Part shown: positions 35,270 to 49,555 of the stretch, one piece after another
Position numbering within the stretch: position 1 is the first letter of the stretch
Layout: the number at the start of each line of letters is the position of its first letter
Assembly (NCBI GenBank): GCA_013265495.1
Contig: MU058451.1
Coordinates: forward strand, 1,836,167-1,900,166
Reading direction: 5' to 3'
Source: Vicugna vicugna
Lineage: Eukaryota
Length of the DNA stretch: 64,000 nt
Program-made: the position numbers and the translations under genes
The notes under the pieces: generated by a model
What the model was told of the DNA's origin: nothing
The model's database searches: none
What the model saw: the letters and a program-made list of their open reading frames with translations, nothing else

Positions 35270-36450
35270 CATGTATGCAAGCATTCATTAATTAATTTAA
35301 TAAGTGTTCATTGATTTCTAGGTACTGTACCAGGCCAGCAGAGAAAGAAGAGTAAAACAATAAAATCCATTTTTCAAGAGCTTTTTCAGTTAGGGTTTGT
35401 GTGTGTGTGTTTTGGTGGGATAGGTGGGGGCCAATTGGCAAGCAACTTAAAAAAAAGTTACAAGATCCGAAGAACTAAGTTTTAGGAATGCTGGAGCAAG
35501 GGTCACTCGTAGCATCTAGATGGCAGAATTAAGGGTTTGTCCCAACAGAGGCAGTGCTGTTGAAGTGTATCAGCTCCACCTCTTGTCCATTTGGGGTCAT
35601 TCTACCAGTTGAAAATCTGGGAGGAGCTTCTGATTAGCCTGGTGTATAAGCAGGAGCCCACCCCTTGAGAAAGGAGGGCAGAGTAGTTTGATCTGACAGA
35701 GCCAGAGCCCAGGTAACTCCAAAGTTCCGCTACCAGAAGAGAGAACAGACTCTGCCCAGGCGAGAAGAGCAGATGCCTGCTGCAGAGGGGGCAGGTGAGA
35801 GCCATTCTCACCCACTGTGAGGGTGAGGTGTTAGGGGTTCGGATGGACAGGTTGCAAGAGGAGATCCACGTATTAGAAAGCAGCAAAAGATGGGGTTGGA
35901 TGGGTTGGGAGGGACTAGATCATAAAGGGCCTCTTATGGTCTGTTCGTGAGGTTGTGCTTTATACTGTGAATGATGGCTAGAGATTGAAGGATATAAACA
36001 TAAAAAATTATTTTAGAAAAATGACTCGGCTGGCAAGGCAGTGGACAGATGACATGAGAGAAGAGCAAGGTCATCAATTAAGAGAAGTGGCAGGGACAAA
36101 GGGCAGCACTGGTGGAGCTGAAAGAGGGCAGGTTCTTGACACACTTAAAATGTAAAGGATTTGGTGACCAGCTGACCATGAGACATAGGGGAGAATTAGA
36201 ATTCTGAGTGACTTTCGGGCTTCTGGCTCAAGCCAACTAAGAGAGGAGATAGAAAAAAGTAAGTGCTGAACTTTTGACACATGGACTTGATATTTCCCTG
36301 GGACTTCCAGGTGGCATAGCCCAAGAGGCCATGGTGTAAAAGGATCAGAGACCAGCCAAGTGGTCGGGGCTGGGGGTTTGGCCGTGAGCAGTGCGGATAG
36401 GTGGTAGTAAAGCCCTTGATGTCGGCAGGATTGCTCAGGCAGAGCAGAAA
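35270..36450 (-). mobile_element. Degraded L2 fragments
   Basis: ttaataagtgttcattgatttctaggtactgtaccagg, ttttagaaaaatgactcggctggca, tgactttcgggcttctggctcaagccaact. Confidence 0.6.
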
Positions 36451-39400
36451 GTGTTAAGAGGGCAAGTTAGAATCCTTGGAATTCACAGGATTTGAGACAG
36501 GAGGAAGAAGAGAGGGCAGGAGGAAAAAAGGAACGTCATCTGTCCCTGCCTGACCCTTCCCTACCCCCAAACTGTAAGTAGGTTTGATAAATCTGTAGAG
36601 ATTCAAATAATCCCTTTTCTCTAAAAAAAGCACGTCCCTAGTACAGTACATCCTGGTACCATGGGGAGCTCTTGAATATGTGCAATTTGAAAAGACTATT
36701 TGATCAGTGACCGACAGCTGACACCAACCATCACTAGAAGGCTTAGAATTTTTTTAAGATTTGGACCAGCATCAGTGTATTCAGTGTTTGAATTAGAAAG
36801 CCACCGAGTGCATGCGTGGTATGTGTAGTTCTACACCGAGATGTTCACACAGAGTATTCCAGTTGACTTTCTGAGGTGCACCCACCTTAATTTAAATCAC
36901 CTTCGTTATGCTTCTACCCTGTGCATAAACACGGTCATCTCTTAGTCCTTCATCTTTAAATAACTTATGTCAAAGCAAATTTAGGAGGTTTCCAGGTTAT
37001 GAAAATAAAATGATGATTTTACTAAGGTCAAGAAAAGCAAGAAACATTTCACTAAGGTACTACAACAGGACTCTTGCTGTTCTGAAACACATGTGTAGAG
37101 TCAGTACATAATGCCATTCTCATAAATCAGAAAAAAGCTTCTGACATTGCACCGTCTGTGACAGGACATACCGATGTGTATAGGGCTCGGAAAAGGATGA
37201 CTCGGGGTTGGGGAAACCTGACTCTTAGAATCAGCATCCCATGGTCTTACAGTGGGCTTTTTTTTTTTTTTTTACCATGTTTCTGACAATCCCTTTTTTG
37301 TTCTTTTAAGTTCTAAAAACAGTATGTGCAAAATGCATGTTCATAAAAACTGGGGAAGTTTTTCATGAATTCATCGACAAATGTTTATTTGAGTTCTCTA
37401 TGCCGGGCTTTGTCCTTGGACATAGAGGTACCATGTTGAATGGACCAACATGGCCCCTATCCTCTCAGCTTGCAGTCTGTAGAGAAAGACAGGCACAGGG
37501 TATTAAAAATGAGGCCTGGTAGGTCTTCTGACATTGGAGAGCCCAGGAGCCATGCGAGCATGTAGCCAGAAGCACCTAACTAAATGTAGGTCAAAGAAGG
37601 TAACTGAGAGGGAATGTTCAAGCTGAGACCTGCAGATGAGTGGCAGAGGAGGTGAGGCAGGGTCAGAAAGAGACAGCAGAGGGAACGTCAGTCGGTGCAA
37701 GAAGGTCCAGATGCCAGAGAGGGGATGGTACCTGGGTCCGTTTGTGGAAACAGAGGAAATCCAAGATGCTGGAAGGGCAGCACGTGAAAAGGAGATTTCT
37801 GCTGATGTCAGTCCTGTTTGTTTGCAACGTTGTCTGTAAGATGACATTTCTATTCGAAACAAAATTTCTCAACGTATGCTTCTTCAAGACCTTGACATTT
37901 CACACAGAAAAATGCTCTGCTCCTTAGATGGAGTTTGTAGTGCAGGCCTGTTGTAGTGTAGCCTCCTCCGTAAATATCCTAATACTAGGCTCACAAGCTC
38001 TCTCTGGGCTTCTCCAGGTTCACAGTGTGTGGTCCTTCTTTTTTTGGAAATTTCTACCTAAGAAACTTGAAAGAGAATTGGAAGCAAAGCTACAGGGAAA
38101 GAAGTTGGTAATACAAAAAAGCCGTCAATAAATTCTCTTACCAGCATGGTAAGCGACCTGAAAACAAACTTAACCTCAAACGCAGTACATCAGCCAGTGT
38201 TCTGTAGTGACCTCTAAGAAATTGTTTCTTGTCACTGAGTGGTAAGTAGTTTTCTAAGCCTGAGAATGATTGTTCACCCGTGGTAGGATTACATACCCTG
38301 GTTGATTTTGTTTAGAAACAGAACCCTGAGGCACAGAACTCAGAGATTAAACCCATATCATGTTTATCCAGATCAATACTTAGAATAAAGTGTGTGTCCT
38401 AAATAGCCATCGTAAAATTACTTTGCTCTCCAGGACAATGTTCTTCTTCCAAGTTCGATGACATAGAATAATGAGGATGAGGTGCCTATAGAATTCCCTT
38501 GGGAGGTCTGCTCCACATGAATGCTCGTCTCACAGCATCAATTACCTGGGAAGCTCGGTGTGAAGTCACTGGGGAATGCTGCTGAGAATAATAAAAAGCA
38601 TCCTCTCTCCCTGGCAAAAAGCTGGTGATGTCTCCACAGCTCTTTGAGATGAAAGAATCTGATTCAACTCACTCTTTGCTGTTGATAGCTTTTGATAGTA
38701 ACATATTGAAATACCTATTCTTGAAAACAAAGCAATTTTTAAAAACTGATTAATCAGTATGAGTGTTTTTATGGTATTTTCTCATGACTTTGTGAGCATT
38801 TTTTGGAAGAGTTTTAGTATTTTTCTCTTAACTCTGGACATTTTAGACTGCCTACGTGACCGTAACAGAAAAATTTCCTCACTTAAACAGGTTTATTTTG
38901 TGTGTATATTATATTTAGCCTGTTTTCAGGCTTGACCCGTCATCTTTCTCCCTCAGTGAGTGATGAGAAAACTGTCTAAGGAGATTTACTCTTTGTCGTT
39001 TGCAGCAAGTATGCTGCCTTGGGGTAGACATGTGACTTTCTCTGTGGGGGACGGGCTGCAACGAATCATCTCATTAACAATAAGATGGCAGCAATAAAAA
39101 TCCAAAAATAAACCATGATCTAAGTATTGTGGCTTAGGTCACAAACTATATTGTTCCAGATAGTTAAAAGAGTTCGTTGGTTTTTTCCACTAAAATTTTG
39201 TTTTAGTAATTTCATTTTGACCTTAAACAATGATGGTTCTGCACTAGCACGTGAATCCTAGAAAAATGTAATGGCCTTGGAAATGGAGACATTGGTCCGC
39301 GTTCTTTTAGTTGAATGTCTTTTTAAATAAGATGCACGATGCCTCTAAATCCCATGTCACAGAGGCCCAGAGGCAGCCTGCTCTGGATGCCCGATGGGCA

Positions 39401-40457
39401 GCCATGGTTGGGAGCTGGATTTGTCAATGCCAAGGGGAGAGTAGGGACTCCTGTGCAGGGCAGCTGGAGAGGTCTTGGCCACAGAGGACAGGGCAGGCCA
39501 GAGTCCATGAGAGGAAGTGTGGAAACACCAGAGGCCGACTGAAGTCCTGGTTACTGGAGATGGAATTAGAGTCTGGAAACCTGGGAGGCAGAGCCCTGAG
39601 AGATGCCAGGAGCACCACTGCTGTGCAGCTCGTCTGCAAGGTATATCCTATCTGTCCCCAACACTGACGTCAAAATGTTCTTTCTAAAATACCCATCTGA
39701 TCTTCAGATCACCAGTCTGAAATCCTTCATGGGTCCTCTGATTTTCAGGTTAAAAAAAAAAATCAACGACCTTTTCTGCTTGTCTCAGTAGGCCTTTTTT
39801 TAAACTGGTGTTGGTCCACCAGTCTTGTTTCCCATTGTTTCCTGTTGGTACCAGGGATGCCCTCACACCTTAGGCTGCAGAACCTGTGAAACTTCCCCAA
39901 GTTCATGGTGCTGTTTCACACCTCCGTGTTGGTCCTTCTGCTGGATTATCCATCCTCTTTGAGCTATCTTATAGCTAATTCTTCCGTAGCCTTCGTGGAT
40001 AGGCTGGGTTGAAAATTCATAGTCCCCCACAATACCTTCCATATGCCTTTATTGTAATATTCACTACATTTTACTCTAATCCTTCATTATTTGGCTCTTC
40101 ACTATGTCATATGCTTCCCGAGGGCAGAGACCAGGGCTCATTGCACTTTGCATTTCAGTGCCCAGTGAAGTGCTTAATAAATATTTCAGGAAATATTGAA
40201 TTTGCTAATTAATTAATTAACTACTTTATAATTACTGAAAGGAGAAAGAAAGGAGAGAATTTAATTCACTCATTCTTTCACTTAAGGTACATTGTGTTTA
40301 TAAATAACCTTAAAACATTTCGAGTCAAGATAGATATACAGGTGGATATAGATATAAATTTAGATAGATCGATAAATAACAGAGATAGATTGTAGTTTAA
40401 AAATTATTTCATTCATGTAATTGCTCACCAATAAATATGTATTGAATGACAGCTATG

Positions 40458-40888
40458 TTATTGAGATGAAATTTACATACCAAAAAATTCACCCATTTTA
40501 AGTGTGCATGTCAATGATTTTTAGTATATTGTCAGAATTGTGCAGTCTTTGCCATGTCCTAATTTTAGAACATTTCCATCAACCCAAAAGCAAAGTTTGT
40601 GCCCATTTGCAGTCACTCTCCCAGCTCTAGGCAACCACTAATCTACTTTCTGCCTCCATAGATTTACCTTTTCAGGCCACGTCCAAAAATGTAATCACAT
40701 CTCTGTAATCTTTTGTCTTTGGGTTCTTTCACTTAGCATGAGATTTTTGAGACCTACCCACGTTGCGTAGATTATCTCAGTATTTCATTTCTCCTTATTA
40801 CCAAATAGCATCCCATTATATGAATATTCCACATTTTGTTTATCTTTTCACTGGTTGATGGACATTTTGTGTTGTTTCCGTTTGGGGG
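40458..40888 (-). mobile_element. L1MB/L1MA-like 3' end
   Basis: ttattgagatgaaatttacatacc..aaattcacccattttaagtgt, ggcaaccactaatctactttctg, gttgatggacatt. Confidence 0.9.
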
Positions 40889-42708
40889 AATAAAATGAAC
40901 TTTGGAATTAAAGAAAAATTCTTCTGCTTTTGAGTCTGGCTTATGCTTTGCATTGCTACCTGTAAAATCTGTCTTTATTTTAGATTTGTTAACCAGACTG
41001 GGACCCAGCTTCTTTTATTTGTGACACTAAAAATGGTTATTTTTTCTGAAATTATTCATTCCACTACCAAGTCTACATTAAAGCCTGCTCTAGCCATGAA
41101 AAAGAAAGTTCAAATTGCTAAAAGTTTAAAGCTCTGTAGTCATAGTGGGATCCTGCAAGAGAGATTTTTCTGAAGCCAACCTGTCACATTTTCTATATAC
41201 ATTGAGCTTTGAGACATAGGAAGAATTTTATTTCAAGTCACTTGCTCCTGTGAACAGTTACTGTGTGGAAATGGACGTGATTTTCATCTTGAATCCTTTT
41301 CAAAGTGGACTTGTCAAATGCTGTACAGTAAGAGGAACTAGATGATTCAATAATTATTGTTTTCTTCTCTCCCAAGAAGCAAATCGCTGTCATTACTAAC
41401 TGTCATCAGTTAAATCAACTATCATCTCAGTGTCTGTAGACCAGCTGAAGATCCCTCCTTTAATGGAATAAAGCCAAAAATAAGCATTCTCATTTCCCAC
41501 AAAATCTTTCTGCCTGTCCCCACACATGCTTGCCTCTCTTGTAGCACTTTGTACTTTCTCTAATTCTCACTCTGTCTGTCACCCCCACAAGACTTGAACT
41601 TCCTTGAGGACAACAGCTAAATCCTCCTTGGCTAGAGCCATCATTTCTAGAAGTGCCCAACTTCAGCTTTTGATATGACTTTAAACGATTTACCACTAAA
41701 ATTGTATATGACCATTTTATCCCATGGGGTCATCAAATGCATGACTGTACTTCCTTAAGTTAAAACTATAAAAGGATACCATGATTAGTCAATTCAGATG
41801 CTGCAGAGCATCCAGAACCATGTGTTACATGTCTTTTAAGACAGCAGATACAAGAAGAATCTCACAAAGTCCCTCACATTTTAAAATCAGAAAAGAGTGG
41901 TTGATTCTCACATTTGCCAAAGCTTCTGGTTCCATCCTCCTGAAAAATAAAGACATCTGGATGCATAGACGGGGTCTTACAGGTAGCCGGTGTGTGTCCT
42001 TTTTGAAAGATCTCTGGCAGATCCTGAACTTGCTACGTCGACAGAGGTGAGTGTCAAGTCGGCCTGGTACCTGTCTTCATATGATGGGCGGGTTCAGCTC
42101 CCCCAGGCCAAGGGATATTTAGTCTGTTTCCTTTTTGAAGCAAGTGTTTATATAACCTGACGTTTTGAAAAAATTGGCTTTGTCTTCCCCAGTGCCTGTG
42201 ACTCCCTGTAATTCTGAAAAGCAAGCTCTCACAGCAGACATCACTGTGCTTCTCCAAGCACCTGACATTTGCACAGAATAAAAACGAAGTCTCACAGCTG
42301 TGAGGACACCTTTTATCACTTTGGACAAATAACCAGTTGACTTAAATCCTCTCATAACAGCCAGTGCTGAAGTTGCAGTCAAAAGAAAAGTCTTACCTAC
42401 TTGAACTAATGCCATTTTACTGCGCAGTGGGAAACTCCTTCCAGTTGATAATCGGTTTTAGATCCTGAAATCTCAGCAGTAGGAAGCCTTATAATTATTC
42501 CAGCAAACGTAAGTGGTAGTTTTTACTCCTGTGTAAGGAGCTAATCTGTTTGCTGCAATAATATTCAACTTCTGCAGGTGTCACAGGTTAATTGCACATC
42601 GTAGTACAAATACAGCAAGCTCACAAGTCATTTGATATCTGCAAAATTCTCAAGCCCAGTGATTCCCACGGAGAGCCTGGAAGTTTCTTGATTCTTCAGA
42701 GCTGGTCA

Positions 42709-43035
42709 GCAGACACATGGGTGGACTTGGAGGGTATGCTAAGTGAAATAAGTCAGAGAAGCACAAACACTGTATGATATCACTTACATGTGGAATCTAA
42801 AAAATACAAAAACCTAGTGGATAAGACAAAAAAAAGAAGCAGACTCAGATATAGAGAACAAACTAGTGGTTACTAGTGGGGAGAGAGAAGGGGAAGTGGC
42901 AACACAGGGGTAGCAAAAAAGGGTTATTATGGGATTATATGAAATCACGTGTGTGAAACTTTTGAAAATTGTAAAGCATGGTAGAATTTAAAGAATGTTT
43001 CATTCAATAAAAAAAGTAAAATAAATAAAATTCAT
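42709..43035 (+). mobile_element. 5'-truncated L1 with an alternative ~100-bp 3' tail
   Basis: atgctaagtgaaataagtcagaga...atgtggaatctaaaaa...gagaacaaactagtggttac; AATAAA at 43006; TSD ttcagagctggtca (42695-42708) / ttcaaagctggtta (43036-43049). Confidence 0.88.
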
Positions 43036-45788
43036 TTCAAAGCTGGTTATCAGGAAACTTTCACGGCAACATATATTGGCTCTACTTCATTTCTATCACC
43101 GCCTTTCTCCTTCTGTAATTTCAGTATTTCCACACGAGATGACTAAAGATCCCTGACTTCCTATTTTGTTGCTACATAAAGTGAGTTGTTTGTCAGTGGT
43201 CTGCGATGAGATACATATGATAGTTTGTGTCTGCTGAATCTAATTATAGAAACTGGGGGTGCATGTTAGACATGTTGGGTTTTCTTTTCAAGTTCATTTT
43301 TCTATTCCTTAATTTTTACTGTATTTGACAGAAGTATCCATCTGTGAAGGACTTGAGTAGGGGAAGCAGACCCTTTATCCCAGGTAGTTAAAGAAACACT
43401 ACCCCATTCTAGCAGCACCTGGCTTGTGAGCAGAATGGACAGGTCCCCATGTTTCCCACCTAACAATACAGTTTGCTATTATTTGGGAAAGTTAGTGGGA
43501 GAGTTTGTCTCCTCCAGTGGTTTATAATGTCTTCCGTCTGGCATCATGTCAACATCCAAAGATTGTATTTTGGGATGAAGAGACACGTGGGTCTTGAATT
43601 CTAGGCTTGTGCCCACCGAAGTGCTCCCCACACCTACATGTCGTCCCATCCCACGTACATAATCTCACAAATTACATAAAACAGCTCCCTGTTTTATTTC
43701 TGAAACTATATTCCATAATACTAGGTTTTTTCCCTACTTTGGGGTTATTGGTACTTAATATTATATTATTCACTGCATTTTAAAATATACTGATAGCTTT
43801 CCTAATTCGGGATTGTTTTTGTTAAAGTGGTGAACTGCAAGGCAGCCTAGGTCTCTGACAAACCTTCCGGCAGGTAGTAGTGCCGATGGCGACTTAAGTC
43901 TCACGGATTTTGTCTTGAGGCTTTGTGCTAATGGTGAAATTCTGCAACTTGCTGCTGATAATGAAAACATAGAAGACCGTGATTATCATCATATTATGAT
44001 AGCATTATCCCTGACAACCCTCTTTTGGTCACCATGATTAGCTGCCTTGTCTAATTTGAACAAATGAGCAGTTTGAGTACCTTTGCACCAGCTCCTTCCA
44101 TTTATGGCTGGCTGGTCTTCAGCGACAGCCAGGCCTGTGGATGGCGTATGCGTGGGTCTGTGTTTACACCGTGGGGACGCTGGCCGGGGCCTGGGGAAGA
44201 TGCGCTTCCAAGAGCACTTTTCTTACTGCAGTTGCCATCTGCTCTCTGCACAAAGCGGAGACCACTCCTTTAGTGCCCAGCTGTCTTTGCACAGAAGCAC
44301 TGCTGTCACACCCATTGTCGTGTCTGAGAGTACACCTGTGGATGTCAGGCCTTGTCCTTCCCGTGCCCTTGTACCAGGTTCTATGGGACTTGCTGAGAGA
44401 CTGTGTCACACAAGGAGCATGAATCCTACTGTCTGTCAACTTGCACATCCACACCCCACAGCCAGAGAGAGGGCAAGTTCCACGTTCTAAAATAGGCAAC
44501 AACTCTCTGCAGAAGAATGTCACTCATTCCGCCCCCGATTGGGCCCTGGCTCGGGAATATATAGGCATTTCATAATATTTCAGACATATTCTCGGAAGGA
44601 CTTAAAATTTAGCCAGTTTAACCTTATCTGAGGAAGCCTGCTTCTCCCAGGAGTCACAGGGTTTCAGTTTGTACTGGATGTCCCCAGGGAGGAGAGAACG
44701 GAGACGCACAGAGAAGCGGAGGCCCCGGGAGGGAGGGAGTAAGAATGTCCCTGTCTCTCTCTCGCCCCTGCATCTGGGAAACATTACCTAGAAATCAGCA
44801 AAACCTGGATTTCCCCTGGACATGCTGCTGTGGCTTACACTTCAATATTCTGTTTTTCCTTTTGCTAACAACAGGACAACTTGCATTCAAATTGACCAGT
44901 ATTCCAAACAGAATATGAAATGTTTATCCTGTGGATGAAATAACAGATACATTGGGAAAGAAATTAGAACTGTAGTATTAAATGTGTACATTTTTATGTC
45001 ATCTGCTGTCCTTGGGGGAGAGGAAGAGGAGTAATTGCAGCATAACTCAATTATGAACTATTAAAGGACATGGAAGTACTGGGGCCTAACTTAATTTTTG
45101 TTTATTCTGCAAAGGTCATTCCTTAAAATATCCTCTTGCAGGCAGGCAGAGTATTTTACTTTGCATAAGGTGGCCGTGAAGAAGACTGGCTTTCAGAGTC
45201 AAATCGGCGGGTTTGCATGTGTGACACAGTCACATCTGCTCACTGGTATATACGTGCATTTCCTTTTGTCTTTCCAACCATAAGCCCTCTGCAGTGTTCA
45301 GAAATACCAGGCTTTATATATTGTGTGGATTTGTTCCATTTAAGTATTCCTGCATTTTAAAGAGAAAGCTGCCTTAAGCAATCATTCTAAAGACCAAAAA
45401 TAAATCCATCATGTAGCAGCAGTTTTGAAATAACATTTTTTTTAATGTGTATGGAAAAATTAGATCAAAATGTTCTGGAAGGTGGTGACTTCTACATAGG
45501 CATTAAAAAAACAGTGTTTTCAAATCCTGTCAGCTATAACAAAATAGGGGATATTATATACTATTTCATGAGTGTGAGCTGTTGATAAATGGGCTTCTTT
45601 AAAAATACTGAGTATAATGTGTTACCTACACTATCAATCTGGATCAAGCAATAAGCAATAGTAGTGACTATTTTTAATAAAAAGTTTTATAGCATCTGGG
45701 TTTGCATCTTTTCTCATTAAAAATATAAAGTTTCTTAAGTAAGTAAATATTTCATTTGTTCAACTTACTAAACTCTATGTTTCAGGCT

Positions 45789-46366
45789 TTTTTTAAATGG
45801 AGAACAGTCAGTTACAATGTGTCAGTTTCTGGTGTACAGCACAATGTCCCAGTCATGCCTATACATGCATATATTTGTTTTCATATTCTTTTTCATTAAA
45901 GGTTATTACAAGATATTGAACATAGTTCCCTGTGCTATACTGAGGAAACTTTTTTTTAAATCTATTTTTGTATATACTGGCTAACATTTGTAAATCTCAA
46001 AATCCCAAATTTATCCCTTCCCTCCCCCTTTTCCCGGTAACCATGAGATTGTTTACCATGTTTGTGAGTCTGTTTCTGTTTTGTGGATGAGTTCATAGCA
46101 TCCTTTTCTTTTTTTAGATCCCACATATGAGTGATATCATAAGGTATTTTTCTTTCTCTTTCTTCTTTACTTCACTTAAATTACAATCTCTACGCCCATT
46201 CATGTTGCTGCAAATGGCATTATTTTAGTCTTTTTTATAGCTAAGTAGTATTCCATTGTATAGCTATACTGCAACTTCTTTATGCAGTCATCTGTCGATG
46301 GACATTTAGGTTACTTTCATGTCTTGGCTATTGTATATAGTGCTGCTATGAACATTGGAGTGCATG
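45789..46366 (-). mobile_element. Relatively young 5'-truncated L1
   Basis: ttacaagatattgaacatagttccctgtgctatac, ttagatcccacatatgagtgatatcat, catgttgctgcaaatggcattattt; perfect 13-bp TSD tatgtttcaggct at 45776-45788 and 46367-46379. Confidence 0.93.
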
Positions 46367-46439
46367 TATGTTTCAGGCTCACCTAAATTTTTGTCCTAGT
46401 TAATTCATTAACTTAAACATATAAAGCTGAACAGTTACA

Positions 46440-46590
46440 TTTATAAGCCTGTATTTTCTTATCCATAAAATGGGTTAATAATATATCCTATTTAAAGGGA
46501 ACTTTTGAGGAATAAATGAGACAATCACTGCTAAGGAAATAACACAGTGCTTGGCATAAAGTAAGTGCGCAGCATATGGATGCTGTTCTT
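46440..46590 (+). mobile_element. MIR fragment
   Basis: ttttcttatccataaaatgggttaataata...gaggaataaatgag...acagtgcttggcataaagtaagtgc. Confidence 0.7.
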
Positions 46591-47845
46591 GTTAGTTAGT
46601 TGTAGAGATCTTTCAACCTTTATTCTACTGCCTTTGCTATCTCCCTCCTCCAGTTTTGAAAAGGAAATGAGGAAATAAAAATTCAGATTTTAATTATGCA
46701 ATATTTAATGATGTTTCTTCAACCTGGAAACTTCACCCTGTTAGCACTAGAAATAGTTTACTTCAATACAGTAAAAAAATCTCCTTCAAAAAGTAGGAAC
46801 CAGGTATTCAAGCAAGTATGGTATTTATTTAGAGAGTGACAAATTTTCCCATGTGAACCTGATTATAAGACTATGGTGTTTTCAAAGATGACAGATTTTA
46901 AAGGTTAATCAAGTCATCGAAACAACAAGCATTTTAAAAGATAGTAGCCTTCTTAATCGGTACTGGATGTCTCATTTAATTCATCCATGCAAAGATCATA
47001 TGTTCAGAGGAGAAATTTCCTATAAGTGACAGAGGCAGAGCCATCAGCAAATTAAACAAGAGCATTATTTTTTTTTCTGGTGTAATTTTTCTCTTCTTGA
47101 CTAATTTAACTCATTTGATGTATTTCCTAGAACTGATTTTTGACACATCAGTGTATCCATAACCCCTGAGTGAATCACTGCCTGAGCTTGGGTCCTTGTT
47201 TAACATAGACAGCCAAATCATTCTAACAATTTCTTTGCCCTAATTGCTTAATACTGTCTGTCTGTTTTGTATTTTCCAAGACCTCTTCCAAATTAAGTAT
47301 CCTCTGTACAAGGTGACACATCAAATTAGTGACAAAGATAGAATATAGGTTGGCTGAATTGTGGTCCTAGGCTACAGCCCATGAACCACACCGAGACAGT
47401 GATTTTTCTAAAGTGATTTAGTAGCTGGCACTATGGAGTCATCCATTGGAGGCGGTTTGGTGTAACCTTGTCAGGGGACCAGGAATAAATCTAGTTTTTG
47501 AAGTTTCCCTCTCTGCTTTCCTTCCTTTCCTTCAGTAAATATTTATTGAAGGCTTTCTTTAAGTGCTTTGGTAAGAAGCCGGGGGAAATCAGTTGTGGCT
47601 CCTGCCCTCAAGAGGTTGATAATCTAGCAGAAACACCAGAGCAGGAATAGCCTGAACTCGTCTGCTCTGTGGCATGAGAGGTGTCTAAAGTGAGGGGTCA
47701 TTCACACGGCAGAGATGATTTCAGTGTTGGAAACTAAGGAAAATATGAATCTCTTGGAGCCCAGTAAAGGATTTAGACCTTTCTCAAGCAGAATAAACCT
47801 CCCAGTAAGCATATAACTTCAGAGAGTTTATGGAACCACTGGAGG

Positions 47846-48098
47846 CATGTGTGTGTGCATGTGACGTGTGTGATGTATGTGTATGTGGTGTGTGTGTGTG
47901 ATGTGTACTGTGTGATGTGTGTGTGTGTGGTGAGTGTAGATGTGCACATGTGTGTAGTGTGTGTGGTGTGTGTGTGTGATATGTGATTATATATGTGGTG
48001 TACATGTGTTGTGTGTAGTGTATATGTGTATAGTGTCTGTTTATGTGTGGTGTGTGTAGTGTGTATATATGTGTGTGATGTGTGTGTGTGTGTGGTGG
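47846..48098. repeat. Degenerate (TG)n/(TGTGG)n low-complexity tract
   Basis: About 250 bp of interrupted TG repeats. Confidence 0.95.
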
Positions 48099-49116
48099 GA
48101 GTCTGGTTAGAATCCTTGACTTAGTGAATGAGCATTCGACTTGAGCCTTCAAGTAGGGACAGCATTTGGATGGAAAAGCCATATGGGAAGGAGCCTGGGA
48201 CAGCGAGAGCAGCAGGAGGAAACTTGGAACCAAGGAAGCATGGCCATGGAGGGAGCAACTCTTCTGGTCTTGGATTCTGCGTTCTTGTTTGAGAACCACT
48301 TTTCTGTTTAAATCACCCTGCTAAACATTAGGGACCTTCATGAGCCACAGCCATGCTAAAAGTTTCTTATTTTCATAAAAATCCTTTCTTTTCATCGTTT
48401 ATCTTTTCTCTCTCCTGAGAAGAAATTATTTCTTCTACACAGTAGTCCATCTGAGAAAAGCAAGTAAAAATAATGGATTTGTGTGATTAATCTGTTTTTA
48501 AACCTACCTGTGTACACCTAAAATGCGGTCATCTTCCTAAGAAACTTGGAATGTCACTTAAAATCATACCAGTCATTTATACGAGAGACTGAAAAGTATT
48601 TATCTGAGCAAATTACTATTTAATCACTGTAAACATCACTGCTGCCTTACTCTTAAAGTTTATCATGCATTTGGCATTATTGGGGGTGTTTCAAGGTCTG
48701 TCTGCAAAATAGACTGGTACAGCAGATAACTAACCAAACAATTCACTTTCCATAGCATGTGAAATATGTCTCTGCTTTCTTATCTTAGGAAGAGATGGGC
48801 TAGGCTCGCCTCCTACAGTTGCAGTGCTGATAGGAGGAGAAATCATAGTTGTACAACGCTTGTGAAAGGCTCTGATTCATAGTAAGCGCTCAGTAAATGT
48901 CAGCAATCATCAGCATTTATTTTTACTTTTACCTTAGATATTTTCTGTGTCTTCTCAGTACCTGATTCTCCAGCTAAATATCTTCTACATACTATTCAGC
49001 AAAGGTTTTACCCAGGAAGTCATCACCCCCTAGAAGCAGGGCCCTGTTTAGGTCAGTCCACTTTCAGAAAATTCAGACTCACAAAACAGATAATTCTGGG
49101 GAGGAATTATTGACAT

Positions 49117-49463
49117 CTCTCTTTGTCCATTGGGCTGCTGTGACAGAATGTCACAGACTCAGTGGTTTGTCAAGAACAGAAATTTATAACTCTGGAGGCT
49201 GGGAAGTCCAAGATCAAGAGTTGGTGTCTGGTGGGTGCCCACTTCCTAGTTCATAGACACCTGTCTTCTCACTGTGTCTTCGCGAAGCAGAAGGGGCAAC
49301 GATGCTCTCAGAGGTTTGTGTAATTAGGGCACTCATCCCATTCATGAGGACTTCACCGTCATGTCTTAATCACCTCCCAAATGCCCCATCTCCAAAAAGC
49401 ATCCCTTTGGGGATTAGGTTTCAATATATGAATTTTGGGGGGATTGAAACATTCAGTCTATAG
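49117..49463 (-). mobile_element. MaLR LTR (MLT1A/A0-like)
   Basis: tctggaggctgggaagtccaagatcaag, gggcactcatcccattcatgagg, ggggattaggtttcaatatatgaattttgggg. Confidence 0.9.
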
Positions 49464-49555
49464 ATACATAAAATGTGATTTTTTTTAACAAGAAGCAACA
49501 TTGAATAACAACAAGAAAGTATTTCTTCAGGTTCTTTAAATAAGTTCCTGTAAAA

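Noticed and set aside
47784..48299. 171-aa His/Thr-rich ORF, the longest in the window
   Set aside because: It is the translation of the (CA)n-like low-complexity tract.
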